From contig OZ242203.1 of the NCBI GenBank assembly GCA_965206275.1, positions 761,894 through 825,893 of the forward strand: a DNA stretch of 64,000 nucleotides, read 5' to 3'. The stretch is from Dehalococcoidia bacterium (GTDB lineage Bacteria > Chloroflexota > Dehalococcoidia > UBA6926). Made by a program: the position numbers and the translations under genes. The number at the start of each line of letters is the position of its first letter. Position 1 is the first letter of the stretch. The notes under the pieces were generated by a model that searched no databases, was not told where the DNA came from, and saw only the letters and a program-made list of their open reading frames with translations. Positions 1 through 10,226 of this stretch are shown here, piece after piece.

Positions 1-107
1 ACCCAACACCCTGCCCGCGTCAGCATTCTGGATATGGGGGTGGGGACTGACCGCACGGTCAGGCTCCCTCCAATAACTTGGCAGAACAACACCGGAAGGA
101 GTTTTTG

Positions 108-1574
108 ATGGCAGACTCGACGAGCAACGGGGTGCTGGGAACGTTTTCCTCGCCGGGCGAGGTGATAGCCTACATCGCCGCCAACGACATTAAGATGGTC
201 GACCTGCGGTTTACGGATCTGCTCGGGACAACGCAGCACTTCACAATCCCCGCAGCCCTTTTGGACGAAACCATGTTCAGGAATGGCACGGGCTTTGACG
301 GCTCAAGCATTCGTGGGTTCCAGACAATCGACGAGTCCGACATGCTCGTGGTGCCGGATCCCGCCGGCGCGTACGTGGATCCGCTCTTGCAGGTCTCAAC
401 CCTGGCCGTGATCTGCGATATCCGCGACCCCGTGACGGGACAGCCCTACTCGCGTGACCCGCGCTACGTGGCGCGCAAGGCGGAAGAGTACCTGAAGAGT
501 ACCGGCATCGCGGACACCAGCTTCTGGGGCCCGGAGGCGGAGTTCTTCATCTTCGACAGTGCCCGCTACGACTACCAGCAGAACGAGGGCTACTTCTTCA
601 TCGACTCCAACGAGGGCATCTGGAACTCCGGCATGGAGAGCTTCCTGGATAGCCCGAACCTGGCGCACCGCCCCCGCAACAAGGGCGGCTACTTCCCGCT
701 CCCGCCCGTCGATACCCAGCAGGATTTGCGGTCTGAAATCATCCTCTCGATGATGGACGCTGGCCTGAACATCGACAAGCACCACCATGAGGTGGCCACC
801 GCGGGACAGGGCGAAATCGGCCTCCATTACGGACCGCTGGTGGGCGAATGCGACGCCATCCAGATTTACAAGTACATCGTCAAGGAGAAGTCCCGGCAGA
901 TGGGCAAGACCGCCACGTTCATGCCCAAGCCCATCTTTGGCGACAACGGCACCGGAATGCACACGCACCAGTCTCTCTGGAAGGACGGAGCCACCATCTT
1001 CTACGATGCCAACGGCTACGCCCAGACCAGTGAGGAGATGCGCTACTACATCGGCGGGCTGCTCAAGCACGCCGCCTCCATCCTGGCCTTTGCCGCGCCG
1101 ACGACGAACTCGTACCGCCGCTTGGTGCCCGGCTATGAGGCGCCCGTGAACCTCGTCTACTCGCAGCGGAATCGCAGTGCCGCAGTACGGATTCCGATGT
1201 ATGAGATGGACACGCCCGCCGCCAAGCGCATTGAGTTCCGTTGCCCGGACCCACTGGCGAACTCCTACCTGGCATTCTCCGCGATGCTGATGGCGGGACT
1301 GGACGGCATCCAGAACAAGATTGATCCGGGCCCGTCCGTCGACCACGACATCTACGAGATGGAGGGTGAAGAGGCCGCGGCGCTGCCCAACGTCCCCGGT
1401 AGCCTGGCTGAAGCGTTGAACGCCCTTGAGGCGGACAACGAGTACCTGCTCAAGGGCGGCGTGTTCACCCCTGACCTCATTGAGGGCTGGATCTCCTATA
1501 AGCGGGAGAACGAGGTGGATCCGATGCGCCTCCGCCCGCACCCCTACGAGTACTTCCTGTACTACGACGGCTAA
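108..1574 (+). CDS. glnA: Glutamine synthetase, type I (488 aa). The ATG at 108 is preferred over the ORF-track start at 78.
   Basis: ORF 78-1574 translates to canonical GS-I regions (beta-grasp N-terminus, central catalytic/ATP-binding region, adenylylation-region-like C-terminus). AAGGAG lies 6 nt upstream of the ATG at 108. Confidence 0.9.
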   Translation: MADSTSNGVLGTFSSPGEVIAYIAANDIKMVDLRFTDLLGTTQHFTIPAALLDETMFRNGTGFDGSSIRGFQTIDESDMLVVPDPAGAYVDPLLQVSTLAVICDIRDPVTGQPYSRDPRYVARKAEEYLKSTGIADTSFWGPEAEFFIFDSARYDYQQNEGYFFIDSNEGIWNSGMESFLDSPNLAHRPRNKGGYFPLPPVDTQQDLRSEIILSMMDAGLNIDKHHHEVATAGQGEIGLHYGPLVGECDAIQIYKYIVKEKSRQMGKTATFMPKPIFGDNGTGMHTHQSLWKDGATIFYDANGYAQTSEEMRYYIGGLLKHAASILAFAAPTTNSYRRLVPGYEAPVNLVYSQRNRSAAVRIPMYEMDTPAAKRIEFRCPDPLANSYLAFSAMLMAGLDGIQNKIDPGPSVDHDIYEMEGEEAAALPNVPGSLAEALNALEADNEYLLKGGVFTPDLIEGWISYKRENEVDPMRLRPHPYEYFLYYDG

Positions 1575-1713
1575 ACGGCGACATCCCAGGCACAGCGGTG
1601 CGTCTGCGAGATTCTTCGGCTGGTAAGCAGCCGGGACTCGCAGGCGCTCGCCGCCCCTCAGGGCAGTACCGCTAGCGACCAGAAGCGGCCAACCGGGAAG
1701 CCACGGGAAAACG

Positions 1714-3063
1714 GTGGGAACAGTGGCAATACAGGCTGACGAATCGGCAAGGGAATTCGTGCTCCGAACCGTCAAGGAGCGCAACGTCAAGTTCATCCGG
1801 CTATGGTTCTCGGACATCCTCGGGAACCTCAAGGGATTCTCATTGAGTCCCGCCCAGCTTGAGGTCGCGCTTGAGCACGGCATCGGTTTCGACGGCGCAT
1901 CCATTGAGGGATTCGCCCGCGTTGACGAATCGGACATGGTCGCCGTGCCGGACCCCTCCACCTTCGCCATCCTTCCCTGGCGTCCGGAGCATCCCGGCGT
2001 TGCCCGCATCTTCGCGGACATCTACACGCCGGAGGGCGAGCCGTTCGATGGTGACCCGCGCTACGTCCTCCGCCGCAACCTGCAGCGCGCGCAGGAACTC
2101 GGCTACACCTTCTACGTGGGGCCGGAGCTCGAGTACTACTACTTCCAAGCGCCGGACGACCCGACGCCGCTGGACAACGGCGGCTACTTCGACCAGATGC
2201 CGTTGGATGTGGCGTCAGACCTGCGCCGGGAAACCATCTTGACGCTGGAGGAGATGGGAATCGAGGCGGAATACAGCCATCACGAGGTCGCCCCCGGACA
2301 GGATGAGATTGTCCTCCGATACACGGACGCGCTTACAATGGCAGACAACTGCATGACCTACCGTCTTGTCGTGCGCGAGATTGCGCGGCAGCATGGCGTC
2401 CACGCCACGTTCATGCCGAAACCCATTACCACTGAGAATGGCAGCGGCATGCACACGCACCAGTCGCTCTTCAGGGGTGAGGCCAACGCCTTCTATTCCC
2501 CGGACGACCCAAACAACCTGTCCCCGATTGCCCTGAATTTTATCGCGGGGCTGCTTGAACACGCGCCGGCGTTCACGGCCATCACGAACCAGTGGATCAA
2601 TTCCTACAAGCGCCTTGTGCCGGGCTATGAAGCCCCGGTGTATCTGACGTGGGCGCATCGCAACCGTTCAGACCTCATCCGCATCCCGCGCGTGCCGCCC
2701 GGCAATCCGGAAGCTGCGCGTCTCGAATACCGGGCGCCTGATCCCGCCTGCAACCCGTACCTCGCCTTCTCCGTCATGCTCGCCGCCGGCCTTGACGGCA
2801 TCGAGCGCAATCTACAGCCGCCGGAGCCGTTGAACGAGAACGCCTTTGGCATGTCCGAAGAGCAGCGAGCCGAACTGGGCATCGGCGAACTGCCGAGGAG
2901 CCTCCATGAGGCCATCCTGCTAACGGAGCAGAGCGACCTTGTGCGGGGTGCGCTTGGTGACCATATATTTGACAGCTTCATCCGCAATAAGCGGATTGAG
3001 TGGAATTCCTTCCGCGCGCATGTGACCGACTTTGAGATTGACCGCTACCTGCAAACCCTATAA
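1714..3063 (+). CDS. Second glutamine synthetase family protein (449 aa, GSI-alpha/GlnA2-like paralog). It starts at GTG 1714 or GTG 1723.
   Basis: Full-length GS homology, clearly paralogous to the upstream glnA. It has a non-ATG start with GGGAAA/GGTGGGAA purine tracts upstream. Confidence 0.8.
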   Translation: MGTVAIQADESAREFVLRTVKERNVKFIRLWFSDILGNLKGFSLSPAQLEVALEHGIGFDGASIEGFARVDESDMVAVPDPSTFAILPWRPEHPGVARIFADIYTPEGEPFDGDPRYVLRRNLQRAQELGYTFYVGPELEYYYFQAPDDPTPLDNGGYFDQMPLDVASDLRRETILTLEEMGIEAEYSHHEVAPGQDEIVLRYTDALTMADNCMTYRLVVREIARQHGVHATFMPKPITTENGSGMHTHQSLFRGEANAFYSPDDPNNLSPIALNFIAGLLEHAPAFTAITNQWINSYKRLVPGYEAPVYLTWAHRNRSDLIRIPRVPPGNPEAARLEYRAPDPACNPYLAFSVMLAAGLDGIERNLQPPEPLNENAFGMSEEQRAELGIGELPRSLHEAILLTEQSDLVRGALGDHIFDSFIRNKRIEWNSFRAHVTDFEIDRYLQTL

Positions 3064-3108
3064 ACAACATCGCTCACCCCGTGAGTTTCAAGGGGGTTTT
3101 GTGTACAA

Positions 3109-6100
3109 TTGGCTATGGCCAATATAGAAGCACGTCGGTTGCGGCGTCCTGACGCGCCGCCACTGTACGATCCTATCCACGAAAAGGATGCTTGCGGAAC
3201 CGGCTTTATCGCACAGGTTTCCGGCGTCCCGTCGCATGACATCGTCAGGCAGGCAATCACTGCCGTCGTCAATCTCACGCACCGCGGCGCAGTGTCCGCG
3301 GACGCCCGAACGGGCGATGGCGCGGGCATCCTGACACAACTCCCCCGCAAGCTGCTCCTCCGCGAGTTGGCTGCACAGGGCATCTCAGACGTCTCCGGTG
3401 ATGACCTCGCCGTCGGCATGATCTTCTTCACACCCGCCGATCCTGAGGGCGGAAAACACGCCGTAAAGACCATCGAGAAAGAAACCGAGCGGCGTGGCCT
3501 TCGCTTCCTCGCATGGCGCGACGTGCCGAACGACCCGTCCGTGCTCGGCGAGCAGGCGCTGGCGACGCTCCCTGACATCCGCCAAGCGATCATCGCTTGT
3601 CCGCCTGACATGGACAAGGATGCCTTTGAGCGCGCGCTGTACTTGGTACGACGAGCCGTCGAGGCAGAGATGACTGGACGGGGTGACGACGAGTTCTACA
3701 TCCCGTCCTTTTCGTCACGGACGGTCGTGTACAAGGGTCTGCTCGTCGCGACGCAGTTGTCGGGCTTCTACAAGGACCTGGATGATCCGGATTTTGAGTC
3801 GGCGCTCGCCGTCTTCCACCAGCGCTATTCCACCAACACGTTCCCCAACTGGCAGCTCTCTCAGCCGTTCCGCTTCCTGGCCCACAACGGCGAGATCAAC
3901 ACGCTGCAGGGCAACCGCAACTGGTTGCGGGCACGTGAGGCCAACCTAAGCTCCGAGGTGTGGTCGAAGGACGATCTGCGCACGATAACCCCGGTGACAA
4001 ACCAGTCGGTCTCCGACTCCGCCTCGCTGGATCACGCATTTGAACTCCTGCAGGTGTCCGGTCGAAGCATCCTGCACTCAATGATGATGCTCACGCCGGA
4101 GGCGTGGGAAAACATGCCGCACATGGACGAGGACTTGCGCGGATTCTATCGATACCACGCGTCCCTCACCGAGCCGTGGGACGGCCCCGCCGCGCTGGCG
4201 TGGTCGGACGGCGAAACTGTCGGCGCGTCGCTGGACCGGAACGGCCTCCGTCCTGCCCGCTACATCATCACGGATGACGGCCTCGTGGTCATGGGATCAG
4301 AGGTCGGCGTCCTGCCGCATATCTCTACTGACCGCATCATCGAAAAGGGGCGGCTTGGCCCCGGGCACATGATCGCCGTTGACACGCGCAGCGGGCGCGT
4401 CATGAAGAACGGCGAGATCAAGAGCGAAATTGCCGTGCAGCAGCCCTATCGTGAGTGGGCGGAGCAGCAGTACATCCAGTTGAACGTGCCCATCCACGCC
4501 ATGCAGAACGGCGCGGGGCATCACATTGAACCTGAGATGGAGTTGATGCGTCGCCAAAAGGCCTTCGGCATGACGGCGGAAGAGCTGCTCATCATCATCA
4601 AGCCCATGGTGCAGGAGGGCAAGGACGCCACGTATTCGATGGGCGACGACACGCCGTTGGCAGTCTTCTCCCGGATGCAGCCCTCTCTGTTCAACTACTT
4701 CAAGCAGCGCTTCGCGCAGGTGACCAACCCGGCAATCGACCCCATCCGCGAGGCCATCGTCATGTCCGCCGAGACCTATCTCGGGCCCCGCGACAGCATG
4801 CTGCGTGAGCGAGAAGAGGCGGCGCACCTGCTCGCCATCCCCGGCCCCGTCATTCGCGACCACGAACTGGACGCCATACGCAGTGTCGACTCACCACATC
4901 TGTCGTCCGTCACACTGCCGGTAGTCTTCGCCGCTGAGGACGGACCGGACGCGCTGGAGCAGGCACTCGACGATCTCTGTGAGCAAGCAGTCTCCGCAGT
5001 GGACGAGGGTCACTCAATCATCATCCTGTCAGATAGGGCCGTCGACGAGCGACACGCCCCCATCCCGATGATGCTGGCCCTCGGGGCAGTCCATCACGAC
5101 CTCATCCGACGCGGCAAGCGCATGAAGGCGAGCCTTGTGTGCGACACCGGCGAGGCGCGAGAAGTACACCACTTCGCGGCGCTCATCGGCTACGGCGCGA
5201 GCGCCGTCAATCCCTACCTCATCTGGGAGAGCCTGCGTGAACTCTTCGAGCGCGGGGAGTTCAGTGAGGAAGAAGACGAAGACTATACGATCGCCAAGTA
5301 CCAGGCGTCGGCCAACAAGGGCGTGCTGAAGATCATGTCCAAGATCGGCATATCTACTGTCACGTCCTACCACGGCGCGCAGATTTTCGAGGCTATCGGC
5401 CTGAGCGACGACATCGTTCAGAAGTGCTTTGCGGGTACGCCGTCGCAGGTGGGCGGCTTGGGATTCCGCGAGCTCGCAACGGACGTCCTCGCACGGCATG
5501 ATCGCGCCTTCAACTCTGAACTCACGCCGAAGTCTAAACTCGAAGACCACGGATTCATCCGCTATCGCAAGAGCGGAGAGTTCCACGCCAACAACCCCGT
5601 CGTTGTGCGCACGCTCCACAAGGCCGTTCGCTCTGGCGACTACGAGGACTATGTTCCCTACCGCGACGCCCTGAACAATCGGCCGGTCTCCTCGCTGCGG
5701 GACACGCTCACCTTCAACAAGACGCGTGAGCCGATTTCCATCGACGAGGTGGAGCCGATAGAAGAAATCTGGAAGCACTTCACCACGGGCGCAATGTCGC
5801 TCGGCGCGTTGAGCGCGCGCGCCCACGAGACACTGGCGATGGCTATGAATCACATCGGCGGTGCGGCTGACACGGGCGAAGGCGGCGAGGATCCACGGCG
5901 GTTCCGTGGCCTGACGCGCGGCTACAACGCCAATTCCAAGATCAAGCAGATTGCCTCAGGCCGATTCGGCGTCACGCCGGAATATCTCGCCATGGCCGAA
6001 GAAATCGAAATCAAGATGGCGCAGGGCTCCAAGCCCGGCGAGGGCGGACAGTTGCCCGGCCACAAGGTCATTGAATACATCGCATACCTCCGGCACACGC

Positions 6101-7692
6101 AGCCCGGCATCACGCTGATCTCGCCGCCGCCCCACCATGACATCTACTCCATTGAGGACCTGGCGCAGCTCATCTATGACCTCAAGACGGTCAATCCCCG
6201 AGCCAAGGTCAGCGTCAAGCTGGTGGCGGAAGCAGGCGTCGGCACTATTGCAGCCGGCGTCGCCAAGGGCTACGCGGACAAGGTCCAGATCTCCGGCCAT
6301 GAGGGCGGCACGGGCGCAAGTCCGCTGTCATCCATCAAGAACGCCGGCACGCCGTGGGAGCTTGGTCTCACAGAAGCGCAGCAAGTCCTGGTGATGAATG
6401 ACCTGCGCGGCCGCGTCAAGCTGCGCACGGACGGTGGTATCCGCACGGGGCGTGATGTCGTCATCGCAACGATGCTCGGCGCGGACGAAGTCGGCTTTGG
6501 CACCGTTGCCTTGCTCGCATTGGGCTGCGAAATGGCGCGCCAGTGTCATCTGAACAGCTGCCCCGTCGGGGTGGCCACGCAGCGAGACGATCTGATCGCC
6601 AAGTTCAACGGCTCCGTTGAGAATGTCGTAAATTACTTCACCTTCGTCGCAACGGAGGTCCGCGAAATCCTGGCTAGCATCGGCGTACGGTCCTTGAATG
6701 ACATCATCGGCCATCCGGAGTTCCTGAAGCTGCGCCCCGACATTGAGGAGTTTGAGCGCGCCAGGTTCGTGGACGCGCTCAAGCTAATCGCCCCCGCCGA
6801 CCCCACGTTCCAACGCCCGGTCAGCAATGAGCAGGACCGCAACGACAGGCCGAACGACGAGAAGCTCGACGACCGTATCCTGTCGGAGATCACGGGCGCT
6901 ATCGAGAGTAGAACTCCCGTCAAACTGTCCTACGACATCAGGAACGCCCAGCGCACGGTTGGTGCGCGCATCTCCGGAGCCATCGCGCATCGCTACGGCG
7001 TGAAGGGGCTGCCTCCCGGCACCATAGACCTCTCATTCACCGGTTCCGCTGGGCAGAGCTTTGGCGCATTCCTCAATGAGGGCGTGCGGATGACGCTCAC
7101 AGGCGAGGCGAATGACTATGTTGGCAAGGGAATGGCGGGCGGCGAACTCGTCATCAGGCCTCCTGCCGATGCAACCTTCGAGTCGCACAAGAACTCCATC
7201 ATCGGCAACACCTGTATCTACGGCGGCACAGGCGGCTACTTCTATGTTGCCGGACGAGCCGGAGAGCGGTTCGCCGTCCGCAACAGCGGCACGCAGGCCG
7301 TCGTGGAGGGAGTCGGGGATCACGGCTGCGAGTACATGACCAGCGGCATCGTGGTCGTCCTCGGAACCGTGGGACGCAACTTCGGCGCGGGCATGTCCGG
7401 CGGCGCGGCGTTCGTCCTGGACGAGACAGGCGATTTCCCGTCGCTCTACAACCAGGAACTGCTGGTTCTGGACAGGCTTGAAGACGATGACGACGAGCGG
7501 CACGTGCTGGAGCTCATTGAACGCCATGCAGAGACCACGGGCAGCAAGCGCTCCGCTGAAATCCTCGCCGATTGGCCCAGATACCGCGCAATGTTCTGGA
7601 AGGCGTTGCCGGCCCAGTTGCGGGACAAGAATCTCTCGCTCGCCGAGGTACTCAAGAAGGTTGAGGGAGCCGCGCTCGTAACCGCGCGGTAA
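3109..7692 (+). CDS. gltB: Glutamate synthase large subunit (1527 aa). It contains the Ntn amidotransferase, central, FMN/Fe-S and C-terminal GXGXG domains, and no gltD small-subunit gene follows it.
   Basis: The N-terminal ACGTGF motif carries the Cys nucleophile. The protein has the length and domain order of a ferredoxin-type or stand-alone GOGAT large subunit. The frame opens at TTG 3109, with an ATG at 3115. Confidence 0.9.
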   Translation: MAMANIEARRLRRPDAPPLYDPIHEKDACGTGFIAQVSGVPSHDIVRQAITAVVNLTHRGAVSADARTGDGAGILTQLPRKLLLRELAAQGISDVSGDDLAVGMIFFTPADPEGGKHAVKTIEKETERRGLRFLAWRDVPNDPSVLGEQALATLPDIRQAIIACPPDMDKDAFERALYLVRRAVEAEMTGRGDDEFYIPSFSSRTVVYKGLLVATQLSGFYKDLDDPDFESALAVFHQRYSTNTFPNWQLSQPFRFLAHNGEINTLQGNRNWLRAREANLSSEVWSKDDLRTITPVTNQSVSDSASLDHAFELLQVSGRSILHSMMMLTPEAWENMPHMDEDLRGFYRYHASLTEPWDGPAALAWSDGETVGASLDRNGLRPARYIITDDGLVVMGSEVGVLPHISTDRIIEKGRLGPGHMIAVDTRSGRVMKNGEIKSEIAVQQPYREWAEQQYIQLNVPIHAMQNGAGHHIEPEMELMRRQKAFGMTAEELLIIIKPMVQEGKDATYSMGDDTPLAVFSRMQPSLFNYFKQRFAQVTNPAIDPIREAIVMSAETYLGPRDSMLREREEAAHLLAIPGPVIRDHELDAIRSVDSPHLSSVTLPVVFAAEDGPDALEQALDDLCEQAVSAVDEGHSIIILSDRAVDERHAPIPMMLALGAVHHDLIRRGKRMKASLVCDTGEAREVHHFAALIGYGASAVNPYLIWESLRELFERGEFSEEEDEDYTIAKYQASANKGVLKIMSKIGISTVTSYHGAQIFEAIGLSDDIVQKCFAGTPSQVGGLGFRELATDVLARHDRAFNSELTPKSKLEDHGFIRYRKSGEFHANNPVVVRTLHKAVRSGDYEDYVPYRDALNNRPVSSLRDTLTFNKTREPISIDEVEPIEEIWKHFTTGAMSLGALSARAHETLAMAMNHIGGAADTGEGGEDPRRFRGLTRGYNANSKIKQIASGRFGVTPEYLAMAEEIEIKMAQGSKPGEGGQLPGHKVIEYIAYLRHTQPGITLISPPPHHDIYSIEDLAQLIYDLKTVNPRAKVSVKLVAEAGVGTIAAGVAKGYADKVQISGHEGGTGASPLSSIKNAGTPWELGLTEAQQVLVMNDLRGRVKLRTDGGIRTGRDVVIATMLGADEVGFGTVALLALGCEMARQCHLNSCPVGVATQRDDLIAKFNGSVENVVNYFTFVATEVREILASIGVRSLNDIIGHPEFLKLRPDIEEFERARFVDALKLIAPADPTFQRPVSNEQDRNDRPNDEKLDDRILSEITGAIESRTPVKLSYDIRNAQRTVGARISGAIAHRYGVKGLPPGTIDLSFTGSAGQSFGAFLNEGVRMTLTGEANDYVGKGMAGGELVIRPPADATFESHKNSIIGNTCIYGGTGGYFYVAGRAGERFAVRNSGTQAVVEGVGDHGCEYMTSGIVVVLGTVGRNFGAGMSGGAAFVLDETGDFPSLYNQELLVLDRLEDDDDERHVLELIERHAETTGSKRSAEILADWPRYRAMFWKALPAQLRDKNLSLAEVLKKVEGAALVTAR

Positions 7693-7879
7693 GGAGAAAG
7701 AGTCGCCACACCGGCTTGCCATTTGAGGCCTTTCTTGCTGGTGGCGACGGCAAATTCGGGGGATCGTACCTCTTTCCCGATTACGTGATAGACTACCCCA
7801 TCCGGCGTTAGCCGATGATTCTTGGCCGCGATGCGCTCGAGGGGGGATAGAGCCTCGCCGCCACACAAAGGAGATTCGT

Positions 7880-8608
7880 ATGAAGGCTGTCATTTTGGCA
7901 GCGGGACATGGCTCCCGCTTTGGCCAATACGGTGTCCGCCATAAGGCGCTCCTGCCTGTCAACGGGCAGACCGTGATCGACCACACACTGGACGGGATTC
8001 AACAGGCCGGTATAACGGACATCTGCATCGTCATCGGCCATGAGGGCCAGGCGCTGCAGGACGTTCTTGGCGACGGTTCAACACGCGGCGCCGATATCAC
8101 CTATGTCATGAACACCGAGCACCATCGGGGAAACGCCGTTTCCGTCCTTACTGCGAAAGATGAGGTCGGCACAGACCCGTTCATCCTCTCCATGGCCGAT
8201 CACATGCCTTCCTCAGACATCATTATTGGGCTCGTTGATGGGGCAAAGGAGAACGGGTGGGACCTGAATGCGCTCGCCGTGGATTTCGACCCTGACGACC
8301 GCGATGTCGAGGAAGGAACACGCGTCAGTGTGGATCATCACGGCCACATCGTGGCGATCGGCAAGAACCTGCCGAACTGGAACGGCATTGATTGCGGCGT
8401 CTTCCGGTTCACGCCCGCCATCTTTGAGGCCATAGAAGCCAAACTCGTGGAGGACAGTTCCCACGATGAGTTGAGCCAGGCCGTGACGCGTATGATCCTC
8501 TCCGGCAACGATCTCCATGCGCACGACGTTGACGGCGCGTTCTGGTTCGACGTTGACACGTGGGAAGACCTGAAGCTGGCGCGCGAGGCGCTCGGGTACG
8601 TCACGTAG
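7880..8608 (+). CDS. Sugar-phosphate nucleotidyltransferase resembling inositol-1-phosphate cytidylyltransferase (IPCT).
   Basis: It has the MKAVILAAGxGxRFG NTP-transferase N-terminus. Block-by-block it matches my recollection of the Archaeoglobus IPCT domain (ILSMADH, GAFWFDVDTWEDL). AAGGAGA lies 7 nt upstream of the ATG. Confidence 0.6.
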   Translation: MKAVILAAGHGSRFGQYGVRHKALLPVNGQTVIDHTLDGIQQAGITDICIVIGHEGQALQDVLGDGSTRGADITYVMNTEHHRGNAVSVLTAKDEVGTDPFILSMADHMPSSDIIIGLVDGAKENGWDLNALAVDFDPDDRDVEEGTRVSVDHHGHIVAIGKNLPNWNGIDCGVFRFTPAIFEAIEAKLVEDSSHDELSQAVTRMILSGNDLHAHDVDGAFWFDVDTWEDLKLAREALGYVT

Positions 8609-8617
8609 CGCCGACGC

Positions 8618-9241
8618 ATGCACGAAGGCTTCGTCTCCCGGTATCTGAACCGACGCTTCTCGCGCCCCATCGCGCGGGCGCTCGCCCATACCCCCGTCAC
8701 GCCAAACCAGGTCTCGCTCGTCGCGTTCCTGATGGCCGCCGGCGCGGCGGTGCTGTTCTACTACGACCTCAACATCTGGGCGGGTGTTCTCGTCCAGGCG
8801 TCATCCATCGTGGACGGCGTTGATGGCGATCTGGCACGCGCCAAGGACATGGCCAGCCGCTTCGGCGGGTTCTTCGATGCCCTGCTGGATCGATATGCGG
8901 ATGTACTAATCCTGGCCGGACTGGGCTACTGGTCCCATGCATTCGAACCGGGCGTGTCCATCCCCGTGGTCTCGACGGCTGCTCTTGCAGCAATTGTTGG
9001 CTCGCTGATGATCAGCTACAGCCGCGCCCGCGCAGAAGCAACGTTTGGCCAGCCCTTTGAGGGCCTGCCCGGCGCGCTCGCGTCACGCGACCTGCGCCTA
9101 TTCGTGATCATGATCGGCGCAATCATCGGCCAAGGGGTAGCAACACTGGCCGTCATCGCCGTCCTCACCAACCTGGTCGTCATCTGGCGCCTCGGCGTCG
9201 CCCGCTGGGGCAACGTAGGCTCGGGCGATGGCAACCACTAA
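8618..9241 (+). CDS. CDP-alcohol phosphatidyltransferase family membrane protein resembling di-myo-inositol-phosphate-phosphate synthase (DIPPS).
   Basis: It carries the DG(x)2AR(x)8G(x)3D(x)3D signature (DGVDGDLARAKDMASRFGGFFDALLDRYAD) and several transmembrane segments. The N-terminal amphipathic segment (SRYLNRRFSRPIA...PNQVSL) resembles the DIPPS domain of bifunctional IPCT/DIPPS. Confidence 0.6.
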   Translation: MHEGFVSRYLNRRFSRPIARALAHTPVTPNQVSLVAFLMAAGAAVLFYYDLNIWAGVLVQASSIVDGVDGDLARAKDMASRFGGFFDALLDRYADVLILAGLGYWSHAFEPGVSIPVVSTAALAAIVGSLMISYSRARAEATFGQPFEGLPGALASRDLRLFVIMIGAIIGQGVATLAVIAVLTNLVVIWRLGVARWGNVGSGDGNH

Positions 9242-9311
9242 CTTACGGGCAGCCCAATCAAGTACAATATCCGTGCGTTCCGCACATTGAGGGAATCGGG
9301 GGAAGGGCGAT

Positions 9312-10226
9312 ATGGACTACCAGAATCTGCTCTATGAGAAGCAGCGCAACGGCGTGCTCATCACGCTCAACCGCCCCGAGGTAATGAACGCCATCTCCGA
9401 CGAACTGGACATCGAGCTTCACCACGCCCTCGATGCCGCCGATGCCGATCCCGAGGTGCGCGCCATCGTGCTCACCGGCGCGGGGCAGGCCTTCTCTGCC
9501 GGATTCGATATCGCAGGCGGCGGAGCCGACTACGAATGGCCCTACGGCCTCCCCAAGGGCTCCAACGTCGCCTCGGAGATCGACCGCTGGCGCACACGCT
9601 TCTGGAAGAAGGAGCACGGCCGTATCGCCCGCGTCATTGATGAGATCGACACGCCGATCATCGCCGTCGTCAGCGGCTGGTGCATGGGCGGCGGCTCCTG
9701 GTACGCGCTGACCTCACACATCACCATCGCGGCGGAAGACGCCGTCTTTGGGCAGGTCGAGGTCCGCATGATTTCGGACGACAACTACATCTGGATTCAC
9801 CACGCCGGCTACAAGAACGGCCTGCGCTACGCCCTCACCGGCGACCACATCGACGCCCAGGAAGCGCTGCGAATCGGCATCGTCAACAAGGTCGTCCCAA
9901 CAAAGGACGACGCGCTTGAAGAGGCTTTTCAACTGACAGAGCGTTTGGCTCTTGTCAGCCCGGAGACCGTCAAGATTAACCTTGCCGTCGCCATGCGCGG
10001 CATTGAGATGCAGGGCATCCACAACGTCATGCGGCTCAACTCCGAGCTTGCCGCGGCCGTCATCGTCTCCAAGCGCGAGGATTTCACTGCCCCGCTCGAG
10101 GAGGCGCGTAAGGAAGGCGGTCTCCGCGCATTCATTCGCAAGCGTGATGAGCCGTTCCAACCGGAGCCGTTCGGACCACGCTCCGCCAAAGCGCGTGAAG
10201 AACGTGAGCGCGAAAAAGGCTCATGA
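9312..10226 (+). CDS. Enoyl-CoA hydratase/isomerase (crotonase) family protein with a charged C-terminal tail.
   Basis: Crotonase-fold homology. GGGGGAAGGG lies upstream of the ATG. It is a paralog of the gene at 25868-26764. Confidence 0.8.
   Translation: MDYQNLLYEKQRNGVLITLNRPEVMNAISDELDIELHHALDAADADPEVRAIVLTGAGQAFSAGFDIAGGGADYEWPYGLPKGSNVASEIDRWRTRFWKKEHGRIARVIDEIDTPIIAVVSGWCMGGGSWYALTSHITIAAEDAVFGQVEVRMISDDNYIWIHHAGYKNGLRYALTGDHIDAQEALRIGIVNKVVPTKDDALEEAFQLTERLALVSPETVKINLAVAMRGIEMQGIHNVMRLNSELAAAVIVSKREDFTAPLEEARKEGGLRAFIRKRDEPFQPEPFGPRSAKAREEREREKGS

Noticed and set aside
396-2021. A 541-aa ORF antisense to glnA and glnA'.
   Set aside because: It is a typical high-GC antisense artefact. 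The translation is Ala/Arg/Gly-rich low complexity, and the sense strand carries full-length GS homology.
4297-7986. Multiple 100-320-aa ORFs antisense to gltB, for example 5029-5853 and 7033-7986.
   Set aside because: They lie opposite a 1527-aa conserved gene, have no recognisable domains and have biased amino-acid composition.
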